DNA of 64,000 nucleotides from Lysobacterales bacterium (GTDB lineage Bacteria; Pseudomonadota; Gammaproteobacteria; Xanthomonadales; SZUA-5): positions 32,001-96,000 of the forward strand of contig JALHMH010000005.1 of NCBI GenBank assembly GCA_022844165.1. The letters are read 5' to 3'. Both the position numbers and the translations under genes were made by a program. The stretch's first letter is position 1. Every line of letters begins with the position of its first letter. The notes beneath the pieces are model-generated. The model searched no databases. It was not told the origin of the DNA and worked only from the letters and a program-made list of their open reading frames with translations. Shown here piece after piece: positions 27,493-36,306 of this stretch.

Positions 27493-28890
27493 ATGGTCCA
27501 GCCTCTCTTCAGCGCCGATCTATTGCGACGATACGATCAGTCTGGTCCTCGCTATACGTCTTACCCCACCGCACCGACATTCCAGCCGGACTTCGGCGAA
27601 GACGATCTGCGCCAGCAGGCAATGCGCAGCAATGCCGATCTGATACCGCGTTCGCTGTCGGTGTATGTGCACATCCCATTTTGCTTCAACCCCTGCTTTT
27701 ACTGCGGCTGCAACCGAATCGTGACGCGCGACACGGCCCGAGGCGAGCGCTATGTAGAGCGCCTTGAACGCGAGATCGAGTTGATTTCGCCGCTATTTGA
27801 CCGCGACCGGGATGTCGTGCAATTGCACTTTGGCGGCGGGACACCCAACTTTCTGTCGTCACAGTTGCTGCTTCGCATCGTCGCAAGCCTGCAACGCAAC
27901 TTCCAACTCAGCCAAACCACGTCGCGCGATTTCTCGATCGAACTGGACCCGCGGTCCGTTGTCACCGACGACATTCCGGCGTTGGTTGCAGCTGGACTAA
28001 ATCGCGCGAGTCTTGGTATCCAGGACTTCGATCCAGAAGTACAACTCGCTGTCAATCGCGTTCAGGACGAAACGCACACCCTGTCGATCATCGATGCCTG
28101 CCGGCAGGCGGGCATGCGCTCGGTGAACGTCGATCTCATTTACGGATTGCCGAAACAAACCCAAGACGGCTTCTCAAGAACCCTGGCGAGCGTCCTGTCA
28201 GCGCGCCCGGATCGTATCGCGTTGTACGGTTACGCCCATATGCCTCAGCTCTTCCGTGCACAAAGGCAGATTGAAGACAGCGCGCTGCCGAGCGCCGATG
28301 CCAAGCTCAACTTGCTGCAGCTTGCGATCGATCGGCTGACAACCGCAGGTTATCAGTACATCGGAATGGACCACTTTGCGTTACCCACCGACGAATTGGC
28401 ACTGGCTCAACAACGCGGTGCACTGCATCGCAACTTCATGGGTTACACCACGCATGCCGAATGCGACTTGATCGGGTTGGGCGTGAGCGCGATCAGCCAT
28501 ATTGGCGACAGTTTCAGCCAAAGCGTCCGCGAACTGCCCGCCTGGGAATCAGCCATCGATTCGGGCAGGTTGCCCGTATGGCGCGGCCTGGCGCTGACCG
28601 AGGACGATCTTTTGCGCAACGCTGTCATCCAATCGCTGATGTGTCACAGCCGCATCGACATTCGCCACATCGAGCAGCGTTTTAAGATCAACTTTGGAGC
28701 CTACTTCGACTCGTCGCTCGCGCAACTGACCGCGTTGCAGGAAGATCATCTGGTTGCTGTCGACGCCGAGCACATTGAAGTTCCCGTTCGCGGGCGAATG
28801 CTGCTGCGCCGAGTGGCGATGTGCTTCGATCGGTATCTCGACCCCACTTTTGCATCGAGCACCTCAGCGCGGTATTCCCGGGTGATCTGA
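27493..28890 (+). CDS. hemN: Oxygen-independent coproporphyrinogen III oxidase
   Basis: GPRYTSYPTA, YVHIPFCFNPCFYCGC (radical SAM), HFGGGTP, IGMDHFA, LHRNFMGY. Confidence 0.97.
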   Translation: MVQPLFSADLLRRYDQSGPRYTSYPTAPTFQPDFGEDDLRQQAMRSNADLIPRSLSVYVHIPFCFNPCFYCGCNRIVTRDTARGERYVERLEREIELISPLFDRDRDVVQLHFGGGTPNFLSSQLLLRIVASLQRNFQLSQTTSRDFSIELDPRSVVTDDIPALVAAGLNRASLGIQDFDPEVQLAVNRVQDETHTLSIIDACRQAGMRSVNVDLIYGLPKQTQDGFSRTLASVLSARPDRIALYGYAHMPQLFRAQRQIEDSALPSADAKLNLLQLAIDRLTTAGYQYIGMDHFALPTDELALAQQRGALHRNFMGYTTHAECDLIGLGVSAISHIGDSFSQSVRELPAWESAIDSGRLPVWRGLALTEDDLLRNAVIQSLMCHSRIDIRHIEQRFKINFGAYFDSSLAQLTALQEDHLVAVDAEHIEVPVRGRMLLRRVAMCFDRYLDPTFASSTSARYSRVI

Positions 28891-29061
28891 AGCCGCCAGA
28901 GTCTGGACGCCTGAATCGAATTTCCGGTCGCCAGTCGTGGCGGCCTGCAGGCTCGTGTATGTTCATTCGCGTGAAGCGTCCGGACTGCCTTGGATGCACT
29001 CGGCCATCGGCCAGCTGTCTAAAACCCTGACGCATCTCAACAACAGACTGAAGAACGACGC

Positions 29062-29949
29062 ATGACGCCAGACCGACGATCAGGACTTTTGCTGGCGGCG
29101 CTCTCCGCGATTCTTTTTTCCGGCAAAGCGATCGTCGTTAAGCTGATGTATCGCCACAATGTCGATCCGGAAACGGTGATCGCATTGCGCATGGGCATGT
29201 CTGCGCCGGTTTTCGGCGCTATCGCATGGTGGCAGGCGCAAGGATCTGAACGCCTGTGCGGGCGCGATCTTCGCACCGTGGCTGTGCTGGGCTTCCTTGG
29301 CTATTACCTGTCGAGCCTGCTGGACTTCTGGGGACTGATGTATGTCTCTGCAGCGCTCGAACGCCTGATCTTGTTCTTGACGCCGACGTTGGTGCTGCTG
29401 ATCTCTGCGGTCGTCCTGCATCGCAAGATCAATGCACGCCAATGGCTGGCGATGGCTGTCAGCTACGTCGGCATTTCCCTGGTCTTCATCGAAAACCTGC
29501 GCTGGGGTGGCGACCAGGTGCTGCTCGGCGCCGGCCTGGTTTTCGCCGCTGCATTGTCATACGCGTTGTACTTAATCGTCTCTGGCGAGATTGTCCAGCG
29601 TATCGGCAGCACTCGGCTGGTTGCCTATGTCATGTGCGTTGCATGCGCCCTGTCGCTGGGTCACTACGCGCTGGTGCATCCACCCACAGAATTGTTCGCA
29701 CAAACAACGCCCGTCCTTGGACTGTCGGCAATCAACGCCGTTTTTTGCACGATTCTGCCAGTGTTCCTGACGATGTACGCAATATCGAGAGTCGGCGCAC
29801 CCAGCACGTCGCAGATGAGTGTGCTCGGTCCGATCTCTTTGCTTTTTCTTTCGGCGTGGCTGCTGCAGGAACCGGTCACAAGCGTGCAGTTGCTTGGCGC
29901 AGCCATCGTCATCGGCGGGGTGTTGCTGATCTCGACCCCGGCTCGCTGA
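29062..29949 (+). CDS. DMT/EamA family transporter
   Basis: About 10 TM helices in two repeats; LERLILF and LLQEPVT motifs. Confidence 0.9.
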   Translation: MTPDRRSGLLLAALSAILFSGKAIVVKLMYRHNVDPETVIALRMGMSAPVFGAIAWWQAQGSERLCGRDLRTVAVLGFLGYYLSSLLDFWGLMYVSAALERLILFLTPTLVLLISAVVLHRKINARQWLAMAVSYVGISLVFIENLRWGGDQVLLGAGLVFAAALSYALYLIVSGEIVQRIGSTRLVAYVMCVACALSLGHYALVHPPTELFAQTTPVLGLSAINAVFCTILPVFLTMYAISRVGAPSTSQMSVLGPISLLFLSAWLLQEPVTSVQLLGAAIVIGGVLLISTPAR

Positions 29950-32538
29950 TCAGGCTGCAGCGGCCTTGGGCAATCGCAACAGCCGAAAATCGATGTCCTC
30001 GACTTTCAACGGCTCGCCCAGATAGTGTCCTTGCCCGTAATCGGCGCCCGATTCAGCAACCCACTTAAGCGTGTGCGCGCTGCCAACGTGTTCGGCGATC
30101 ACCTTCAGATCCAGAGCGTGCGCCAACGCGACCATCGATGCCACCATGGTTCGATCGCGCGCCGATTCTCCCAAATCGGCGACAAAACTGCCTTCGATCT
30201 TGACGAAATCGACGGGCAGATGCTTGAGGTGGCTGATCGATGAAAAGCCCGTTCCGAAATCGTCCAGGGCAAAGCGCACGCCTTGTTTGCGCAAACTCTG
30301 GATGAACCTTCGAGCCGTATGCAGACTGCCGATTTCGCTGGTTTCCGTGACTTCAAAAATAACACGTTCAGCAGAGACCCCTGAACCGGCAATCAAGTTG
30401 TCGATCAATTTCATCGAGTCGGCATCTTGCAGTGTTGCGTTCGAAAGATTGATGGTCAGTCCCACACGCGAGTCTGCATCGAGCGCAGCAAGGAACTTCA
30501 GCGCCCTGCCGATCACCCATAGGTCGATCTTAGGCATCATGCCGACGCGTTCGGCAAGTGGCACAAATACGCTGGGGCTGACGATCTGACCGTCGCGATT
30601 AATCATGCGTATCAGCACTTCGAACAATGCCTCCCCGCCTGTGTGCTGGAGCAAACGCCACGCCTGATTACGCAATGCGGCTTCATCGACATCGCGAAGC
30701 ACCGGCATCGGCAGGATGGGCTGCATCAGCAGCACGAAACGATCTTCATGCAACGCATCTTTGAGGCGCACGATCCAGCCGGCATCCAACTCTCGCGCGA
30801 TGCGCGCATCGGCACCCGCAACGTAGATCTGCGTTTGATCGCGCCCACGCCGTTTTGCATCCTGGCAAGCCAGACGCGCATGTTCCAACACGTACTCGCC
30901 GCTCGGCGCGTCGCCAGAAAGAATCGCCACGCCAACGGATCCCGACACCATCGCCGGACGGCCATACATCAAGTAGCGGGCGTCCTTGAGCAGTTCGCGG
31001 AGTCCATCGGCGATCGTGAACAGATTTTCGAGCTGCACGTTCGAAAGCACCATGGCGAAGTGGTCGTCTTCCAGTCGCGCCACCAGATCATCCTGGCGCA
31101 AGCGTTGCGACAGCAGTTGCCCAACGTCGGCGAGCACGCGATCTGCCGCCTGTTGTCCGGAGTTTTCGACAATCGCGTGAAAACGGTCGATATCGATATA
31201 GAGCAATGCCGAGTATCCGCCGCGTTCGCGCCTGCGTTCGAGTTCCTGCGTCAGCGACTGGATCAAGTGTCGACGATTCGCCAGGCCGGTTAATTGATCG
31301 TGCTGCAACTCCCAGCGCAGACGATCCGCACTCTTACGCTCGGAGATGTTCCGGAACACGACCACCGTGCCCTCGCGGCGTCCCGAGATCGCCAGAGACA
31401 ACACGGTACATTCGACCGGCAGCGGCTGCCCGAGGCGTGTCCAGAACACGGTCTCATGGCCGTTGAGTTCCTGGCCGTTGGCGTACGCCTTGGACAACGC
31501 CGATTCGCTGCTGCTGACCGGCTCACCGTCTTCGGCGGCAAAGTGAAACAAACTATGCGCCGTCTTGCCAATCAGGTCCTCTTCATCGAGAAAATTCAGT
31601 AGCCGAATCGCCGCGGGATTGACGAAGGTGATGACGCCCTGCCCGTCAACGCCGTACACGCCATCGCCCACCGATCGTAAGATCCCGCCGAGTCGTTGAC
31701 GATCCGCCTCGATGGACTTTTGCGTCTGGATCGTACGCGCCAGTGCCTTGATGCGGACCAGTGTCAGCTCCAGCACTTCGTTTTTGAACATGCACTCCAT
31801 CGCACCGGCCTCAAGGCACTTCTTGATGATGGCGTCCTTGTAACTGCCAGTAATGATGGCGATCGGCATGTGTTGGGTCGTCGGCGACTCGACGAACTTG
31901 CGCGTCAGCTCATCGCCACTGCCATCTGGCAGGTAGTAGTCGAGTATCGCCAGATCGTAGGCGCCGGATTGTCCCTTGGCAAAACCCTCCTGGATCGAAG
32001 CGGCGGTATCGACGACAAATCCATTGTTCTCCAGGAGCTGTCGATAGGCAAATCTGACGCTCTGCGAGTCGTCGACAAACAGAACCTTGAGCGGCGGAGC
32101 GGTTGCCGGTCGTTCGACAGCAACAATGGCCACGCCGCCTGGTTCGGCGCGTTCGATTTCTGGTGGCAGCAGTTGTTTGAGCGCTGCCGGAATCCGCCCA
32201 AAGTTCGACCACAACAAAAGGAACGCGTTTCGCCGACGGGCCAACCAGTCACTGAGCAGTGGTGTCTTTTCGTGCGTCAGGACCAATACCGCCAGCGATG
32301 CCGCCGCGCCTTTGCCCAACGTCTCAAGGATTGCTTCGAATTCAGGCTGCGCGCGTTGCGGAGCGCCAAGGATCAAGACACGGTATTTTGCCTGTCCCGC
32401 TTCGACGGCCGCGATAACCTGCGATGCCTCGGCATAGGAAACGAGAACTTTGTCGGCACTCTGCTTTGATGCCGAAAGCGTTCGTTGCAACAGGTGACTC
32501 AACGTGGACGAGCTTTCGACGATAACGATACCGGACAT
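29950..32538 (-). CDS. REC-REC-PAS-GGDEF(degenerate)-EAL signalling protein
   Basis: Receiver VDDSQS...LDYYLP; PAS with VNPAA; HDQLTGLANR but the active site reads EDDHF; EAL domain with EVLIR, EVTE, DDFGTG, KIEG, AEHV, QG. Confidence 0.9.
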   Translation of the reverse strand: MSGIVIVESSSTLSHLLQRTLSASKQSADKVLVSYAEASQVIAAVEAGQAKYRVLILGAPQRAQPEFEAILETLGKGAAASLAVLVLTHEKTPLLSDWLARRRNAFLLLWSNFGRIPAALKQLLPPEIERAEPGGVAIVAVERPATAPPLKVLFVDDSQSVRFAYRQLLENNGFVVDTAASIQEGFAKGQSGAYDLAILDYYLPDGSGDELTRKFVESPTTQHMPIAIITGSYKDAIIKKCLEAGAMECMFKNEVLELTLVRIKALARTIQTQKSIEADRQRLGGILRSVGDGVYGVDGQGVITFVNPAAIRLLNFLDEEDLIGKTAHSLFHFAAEDGEPVSSSESALSKAYANGQELNGHETVFWTRLGQPLPVECTVLSLAISGRREGTVVVFRNISERKSADRLRWELQHDQLTGLANRRHLIQSLTQELERRRERGGYSALLYIDIDRFHAIVENSGQQAADRVLADVGQLLSQRLRQDDLVARLEDDHFAMVLSNVQLENLFTIADGLRELLKDARYLMYGRPAMVSGSVGVAILSGDAPSGEYVLEHARLACQDAKRRGRDQTQIYVAGADARIARELDAGWIVRLKDALHEDRFVLLMQPILPMPVLRDVDEAALRNQAWRLLQHTGGEALFEVLIRMINRDGQIVSPSVFVPLAERVGMMPKIDLWVIGRALKFLAALDADSRVGLTINLSNATLQDADSMKLIDNLIAGSGVSAERVIFEVTETSEIGSLHTARRFIQSLRKQGVRFALDDFGTGFSSISHLKHLPVDFVKIEGSFVADLGESARDRTMVASMVALAHALDLKVIAEHVGSAHTLKWVAESGADYGQGHYLGEPLKVEDIDFRLLRLPKAAAA

Positions 32539-32760
32539 GGAGCAAGACCGATAAAACAAGGGGCCGAAATCTCAACAGGGCGCCGCAGGAAAATCAAGTT
32601 ATTTCGCGCACTTGTGACAAAGCGCATGGTTCGAAACGCTCGACAGAAACCTGCCGGAACGGCGTGAAGGCAGCCGCTGCTTGGTAAAAGTTTCGCCTCA
32701 TCGCTCCAGCTCCCCCGCTTCGTCAAGGACGCCAGGCGGTCGGAGGCAGGGCCCCGCCGG

Positions 32761-33720
32761 TTGGTCGCAATATCGAACTCGCGCAACGTCCGCTCGTGTA
32801 GCCTTGGCGGCAACTTACGCCCGGACACCCAAGTGCAATCGGTACTGTTGCTGCCGTTGAGTACGACCATTCTATGTGTCAGCACGCTGATCCATGTGCT
32901 GCCCTTGTTTGCCCTCGCGCTGATGAAGCTGGCGATCCCAATTGATCGTGTGCGGGGCCGTCTTGGTACTGCGCTGATTTCAATCGCCGAGAACTGGATC
33001 GCCGTCAACAGCAGGCTTATCGACTGGCTGGCACCGGGCAATTGGCAAGTCATCGGCGGCGAGAAACTGCGCTACCAGGGTTGGTATCTTGTTGCCTGCA
33101 ACCATCAAAGCTGGGTGGATATTCCGGTTCTGCAAAAAGTGTTCAACCGGCGCATCCCGTTCCTGAAGTTTTTCCTCAAACAGCAGTTGATCTGGGTACC
33201 GGTCCTGGGACTGGCGTGGTGGGCCCTCGATTTTCCGTTCATGCGCCGCTACAGTCGGGCAGACATCGCACGCGATCCAGGCAAACGTGGCAAAGACCGC
33301 GAAGTCACCAAGCGCGCGTGCGCCAGGTTCGCAACTTTGCCGGTATCGGTGATGAACTTTGTTGAAGGCACTCGACGGACCGACGCCAAACATACAGCGC
33401 AATCGCCCGAATTCCGCCATCTGCTCAAGCCAAAAGCTGGGGGCACCGCATTCGTGATCGACGCTATGGGCGACATGCTGCAATCGCTGGTCGATGTGAC
33501 GATTGTTTATCCCGACGGAACGCCAAGCATGCTGTCGTTACTGAGCGGCAAAATGCGCCGCGTCATCGTCCACATCCGTGAGCGCGAGATACCGCCAGAT
33601 CTGAAATCCGGAGATTATGAGCAGGACGAACAGTTCCGGCGCCGCTTTCAGCAGTGGATCAACCAGATCTGGGTCGAAAAAGACGCCTTGATCGAGCGGT
33701 TGCAATCCAGTGCAGTGTGA
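32761..33720 (+). CDS. Lysophospholipid acyltransferase (YihG/PlsC-like); true start probably downstream of 32761
   Basis: CNHQSWVDI (HxxxxD), KFFLKQQLIWVP, NFVEGTR, LLKPKAGG. Confidence 0.88.
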   Translation: MVAISNSRNVRSCSLGGNLRPDTQVQSVLLLPLSTTILCVSTLIHVLPLFALALMKLAIPIDRVRGRLGTALISIAENWIAVNSRLIDWLAPGNWQVIGGEKLRYQGWYLVACNHQSWVDIPVLQKVFNRRIPFLKFFLKQQLIWVPVLGLAWWALDFPFMRRYSRADIARDPGKRGKDREVTKRACARFATLPVSVMNFVEGTRRTDAKHTAQSPEFRHLLKPKAGGTAFVIDAMGDMLQSLVDVTIVYPDGTPSMLSLLSGKMRRVIVHIREREIPPDLKSGDYEQDEQFRRRFQQWINQIWVEKDALIERLQSSAV

Positions 33721-34813
33721 AGACTATAAGGCTGGTCGTTGCGCCTCTTGTACCGAGATCGCACGATCGTACGATGAGCAGCTGAAGCAAAAGTGCCAGT
33801 CTGCATTGGCACTGCTGCCGCAAATCGAGTCCTGGCATGCTCCAGAGCGATCGCCAGAGTCGGCGTTCCGCAACAAGGCGAAAATGGCAGTGGGCGGGGG
33901 TATCGCGGAACCAACACTGGGGCTCGCCTTGCCGGGCCGCAATCCCGTAGACCTTCGCGCCTGTCCACTTTACCCTGCATCCATGGCAACCAGCCTGGCC
34001 CTCGCAGCAGAATGGCTGGCTGCGGCGCAGATCGCACCTTACGACGTGAGCACGCGCCGCGGCGAAGCCAAGTTTGTTCTGCTGACCGAAGCACCGGGGA
34101 CGGGTGAACAAATGCTGCGGTTCGTCCTGCGATCCCGCGAAGGTTTGAGTCGCCTGCAAATCCGATTGGCGGAATTTCTTCGCCGCGCGCCTGCCCTGAG
34201 TGTCGTCACCGCCAATCTACTGCCCGAACACCGAGCCTCGACCGAAGGCCCCGATGAAATCCTGCTCACCGACACCTCGGCCATTCGCTGCGTCATCAAC
34301 GGACACACTTTCTGGCTCCCCCCGCAAGCCTTCTTGCAAACCAACTCAACGGTAGCCGCTGCGCTGTACCGCACAGCCTGCGACTGGCTGGCGCACCATT
34401 CCGGCGTTGTGTGGGATTTGTATTGCGGCATCGGCGTATTCGCCAACCACCTCGTGCGTGCCGATCGCGAAATTGTCGCGATCGAGTCGAGTCACGCGGC
34501 AGTGAACGCCGGACGTCGCCTGCTGACCTCTGTGCGCTATGTTGCCGACGACGCCACACAGTTTGCATTGAGCAACGACCCGCCCGATGTGGCCGTCGTC
34601 AATCCGCCTCGCGCCGGCCTTTCGCAGGCGCTGTGCCGATGGCTCGACTGCAACGGCCCACAGGCACTGCTCTACTCGAGTTGCAATCCGGAAACACTCG
34701 GCCGCGATTTGAACTTTTTGCAGAAATATTGCGCGAAGGATGCGAAGCTATTCGATATGTTTCCGCATACCAGACACGCTGAGATTTTGGTGCGGCTCGA
34801 AAGAGCTGCCTGA
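33710..34813 (+). CDS. rlmC: 23S rRNA (uracil747-C5)-methyltransferase
   Basis: N-terminal C-x6-C-x2-C Fe-S motif, FRNKAKM, FLQTN, WDLYCGIG, VNPPRAG, YSSCNPETL, DMFPHTRHAE. Confidence 0.9.
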   Translation: MQCEDYKAGRCASCTEIARSYDEQLKQKCQSALALLPQIESWHAPERSPESAFRNKAKMAVGGGIAEPTLGLALPGRNPVDLRACPLYPASMATSLALAAEWLAAAQIAPYDVSTRRGEAKFVLLTEAPGTGEQMLRFVLRSREGLSRLQIRLAEFLRRAPALSVVTANLLPEHRASTEGPDEILLTDTSAIRCVINGHTFWLPPQAFLQTNSTVAAALYRTACDWLAHHSGVVWDLYCGIGVFANHLVRADREIVAIESSHAAVNAGRRLLTSVRYVADDATQFALSNDPPDVAVVNPPRAGLSQALCRWLDCNGPQALLYSSCNPETLGRDLNFLQKYCAKDAKLFDMFPHTRHAEILVRLERAA

Positions 34814-34884
34814 GTATGGATCGACCAACAGTCAGAGCCTGCGAACACGCCTGATGACGTCAAGTGAGACTTGGATTGGAACCT

Positions 34885-36306
34885 ATGCAACCACTGCCAA
34901 TTCGAAACCCGCGAACTGGCGTCATCGAAGGTACTTTTGCTGCCACCGATCCCAACGAGGTGGCGCGACGGGCTGACGCCCTGCGCCTGGCTCAACCGGG
35001 CTTCGCCGCGTTGTCAATCGAAGAACGAAGCGCGCTGCTCGTCGAATGGGCAAAGAACTTGCGCCTGCTGCAAACGACGCTGTTGGCCGCTCTGGTCGCC
35101 GATACGGGGCGCCATCGTATCGAAGAAATCGAATTGCAGGCAGCGATCGCCGGAATTGAACGTTGGGCTCGATTCGGCCCCGGTCTGCTCGATGTCCGCG
35201 AAGGTCGCTCGGCGGCTGTGCCTTCGGTTCGTTATCGCACTCAGCGCATCTCATATGCGCTCACTGGTGTCATCAGTCCCTGGAACTTCCCGCTACTGCT
35301 TTCATTGATCGATACCGTGCCGGCACTGCTGGCGGGTTCGGCGGTACTCATCAAGCCGAGCGAAGTCACGCCTAGATTTGTCGAACCTCTGCTCGCCAGC
35401 ATCCGCAATGTTCCCGTATTGAGCGATGTCCTGGATGTGATTCTCGGCGGTGGCGCGACCGGCGCTGCCTTGGTGGATGTTGCCGATATCGTCTGTTTTA
35501 CCGGCAGCGTTGCGACAGGTCGGAAAGTGGCGCGCGCCGCGGCCGAGCGGCTCATTCCAGTTTTTTTGGAACTGGGCGGCAAAGATCCGTTAATCGTGCT
35601 GCCTGGCAGCGATCTGGATCGCGCCAGCGACGCCGCGCTGCGCGCCTCAATTCAAGCAACAGGGCAAGCGTGCCAATCGATCGAACGGGTCTACGTGCAT
35701 GAGTGCCAGCATGACGAATTCGTCGATCGACTGGTCGCCAAGGCCCAGGCTATGGAGCTCAACACCCCGCAACTCCGACATGGCCATATAGGCCCACTGA
35801 TTTTCGACCGCCAGGCGGATGTCATTGCCGCACAACTGGAAGATGCCATCAAGAAAGGCGCGAAAATCGCCTGCGGTGGCAATATCGAACACTGGCAAGG
35901 CGGTTGCTGGCTGAAACCCACGGTCCTGACCGAAGTGACCCATGCGATGTCGATCATGCGCGACGAGACCTTTGGACCGGTCATCCCGGTGATGCGCTAT
36001 GGCGACGTTGACGAGGCAGTACGCCTGGCCAATGACAGTGAATTTGGCTTGTCCGCGGCGGTCATTGGCCCGGACGAAGCGCTGTCGCTGGCTGTCGCCG
36101 AACGGCTCGAAGCTGGCGCCGTGAGTGTCAACGACGCCGGACTGACCAGCTTTGTTCACGAAGCGGAAAAACAGTCGTTCAAGCATTCCGGCCTTGGTGG
36201 CTCGCGCATGGGGCCATCTGGCCTTGAGCGCTTTTTCCGGCGCAAGGCGATTCTGATTCAGGAAGGAGCCCCGATCCCAATGAGTCTGTTTGCCGAAAAC
36301 GAATGA
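34885..36306 (+). CDS. NAD(P)-dependent aldehyde dehydrogenase
   Basis: ISPWNFP, IKPSE, FTGS, LELGGKDP, GQACQS, ETFGP. Confidence 0.93.
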   Translation: MQPLPIRNPRTGVIEGTFAATDPNEVARRADALRLAQPGFAALSIEERSALLVEWAKNLRLLQTTLLAALVADTGRHRIEEIELQAAIAGIERWARFGPGLLDVREGRSAAVPSVRYRTQRISYALTGVISPWNFPLLLSLIDTVPALLAGSAVLIKPSEVTPRFVEPLLASIRNVPVLSDVLDVILGGGATGAALVDVADIVCFTGSVATGRKVARAAAERLIPVFLELGGKDPLIVLPGSDLDRASDAALRASIQATGQACQSIERVYVHECQHDEFVDRLVAKAQAMELNTPQLRHGHIGPLIFDRQADVIAAQLEDAIKKGAKIACGGNIEHWQGGCWLKPTVLTEVTHAMSIMRDETFGPVIPVMRYGDVDEAVRLANDSEFGLSAAVIGPDEALSLAVAERLEAGAVSVNDAGLTSFVHEAEKQSFKHSGLGGSRMGPSGLERFFRRKAILIQEGAPIPMSLFAENE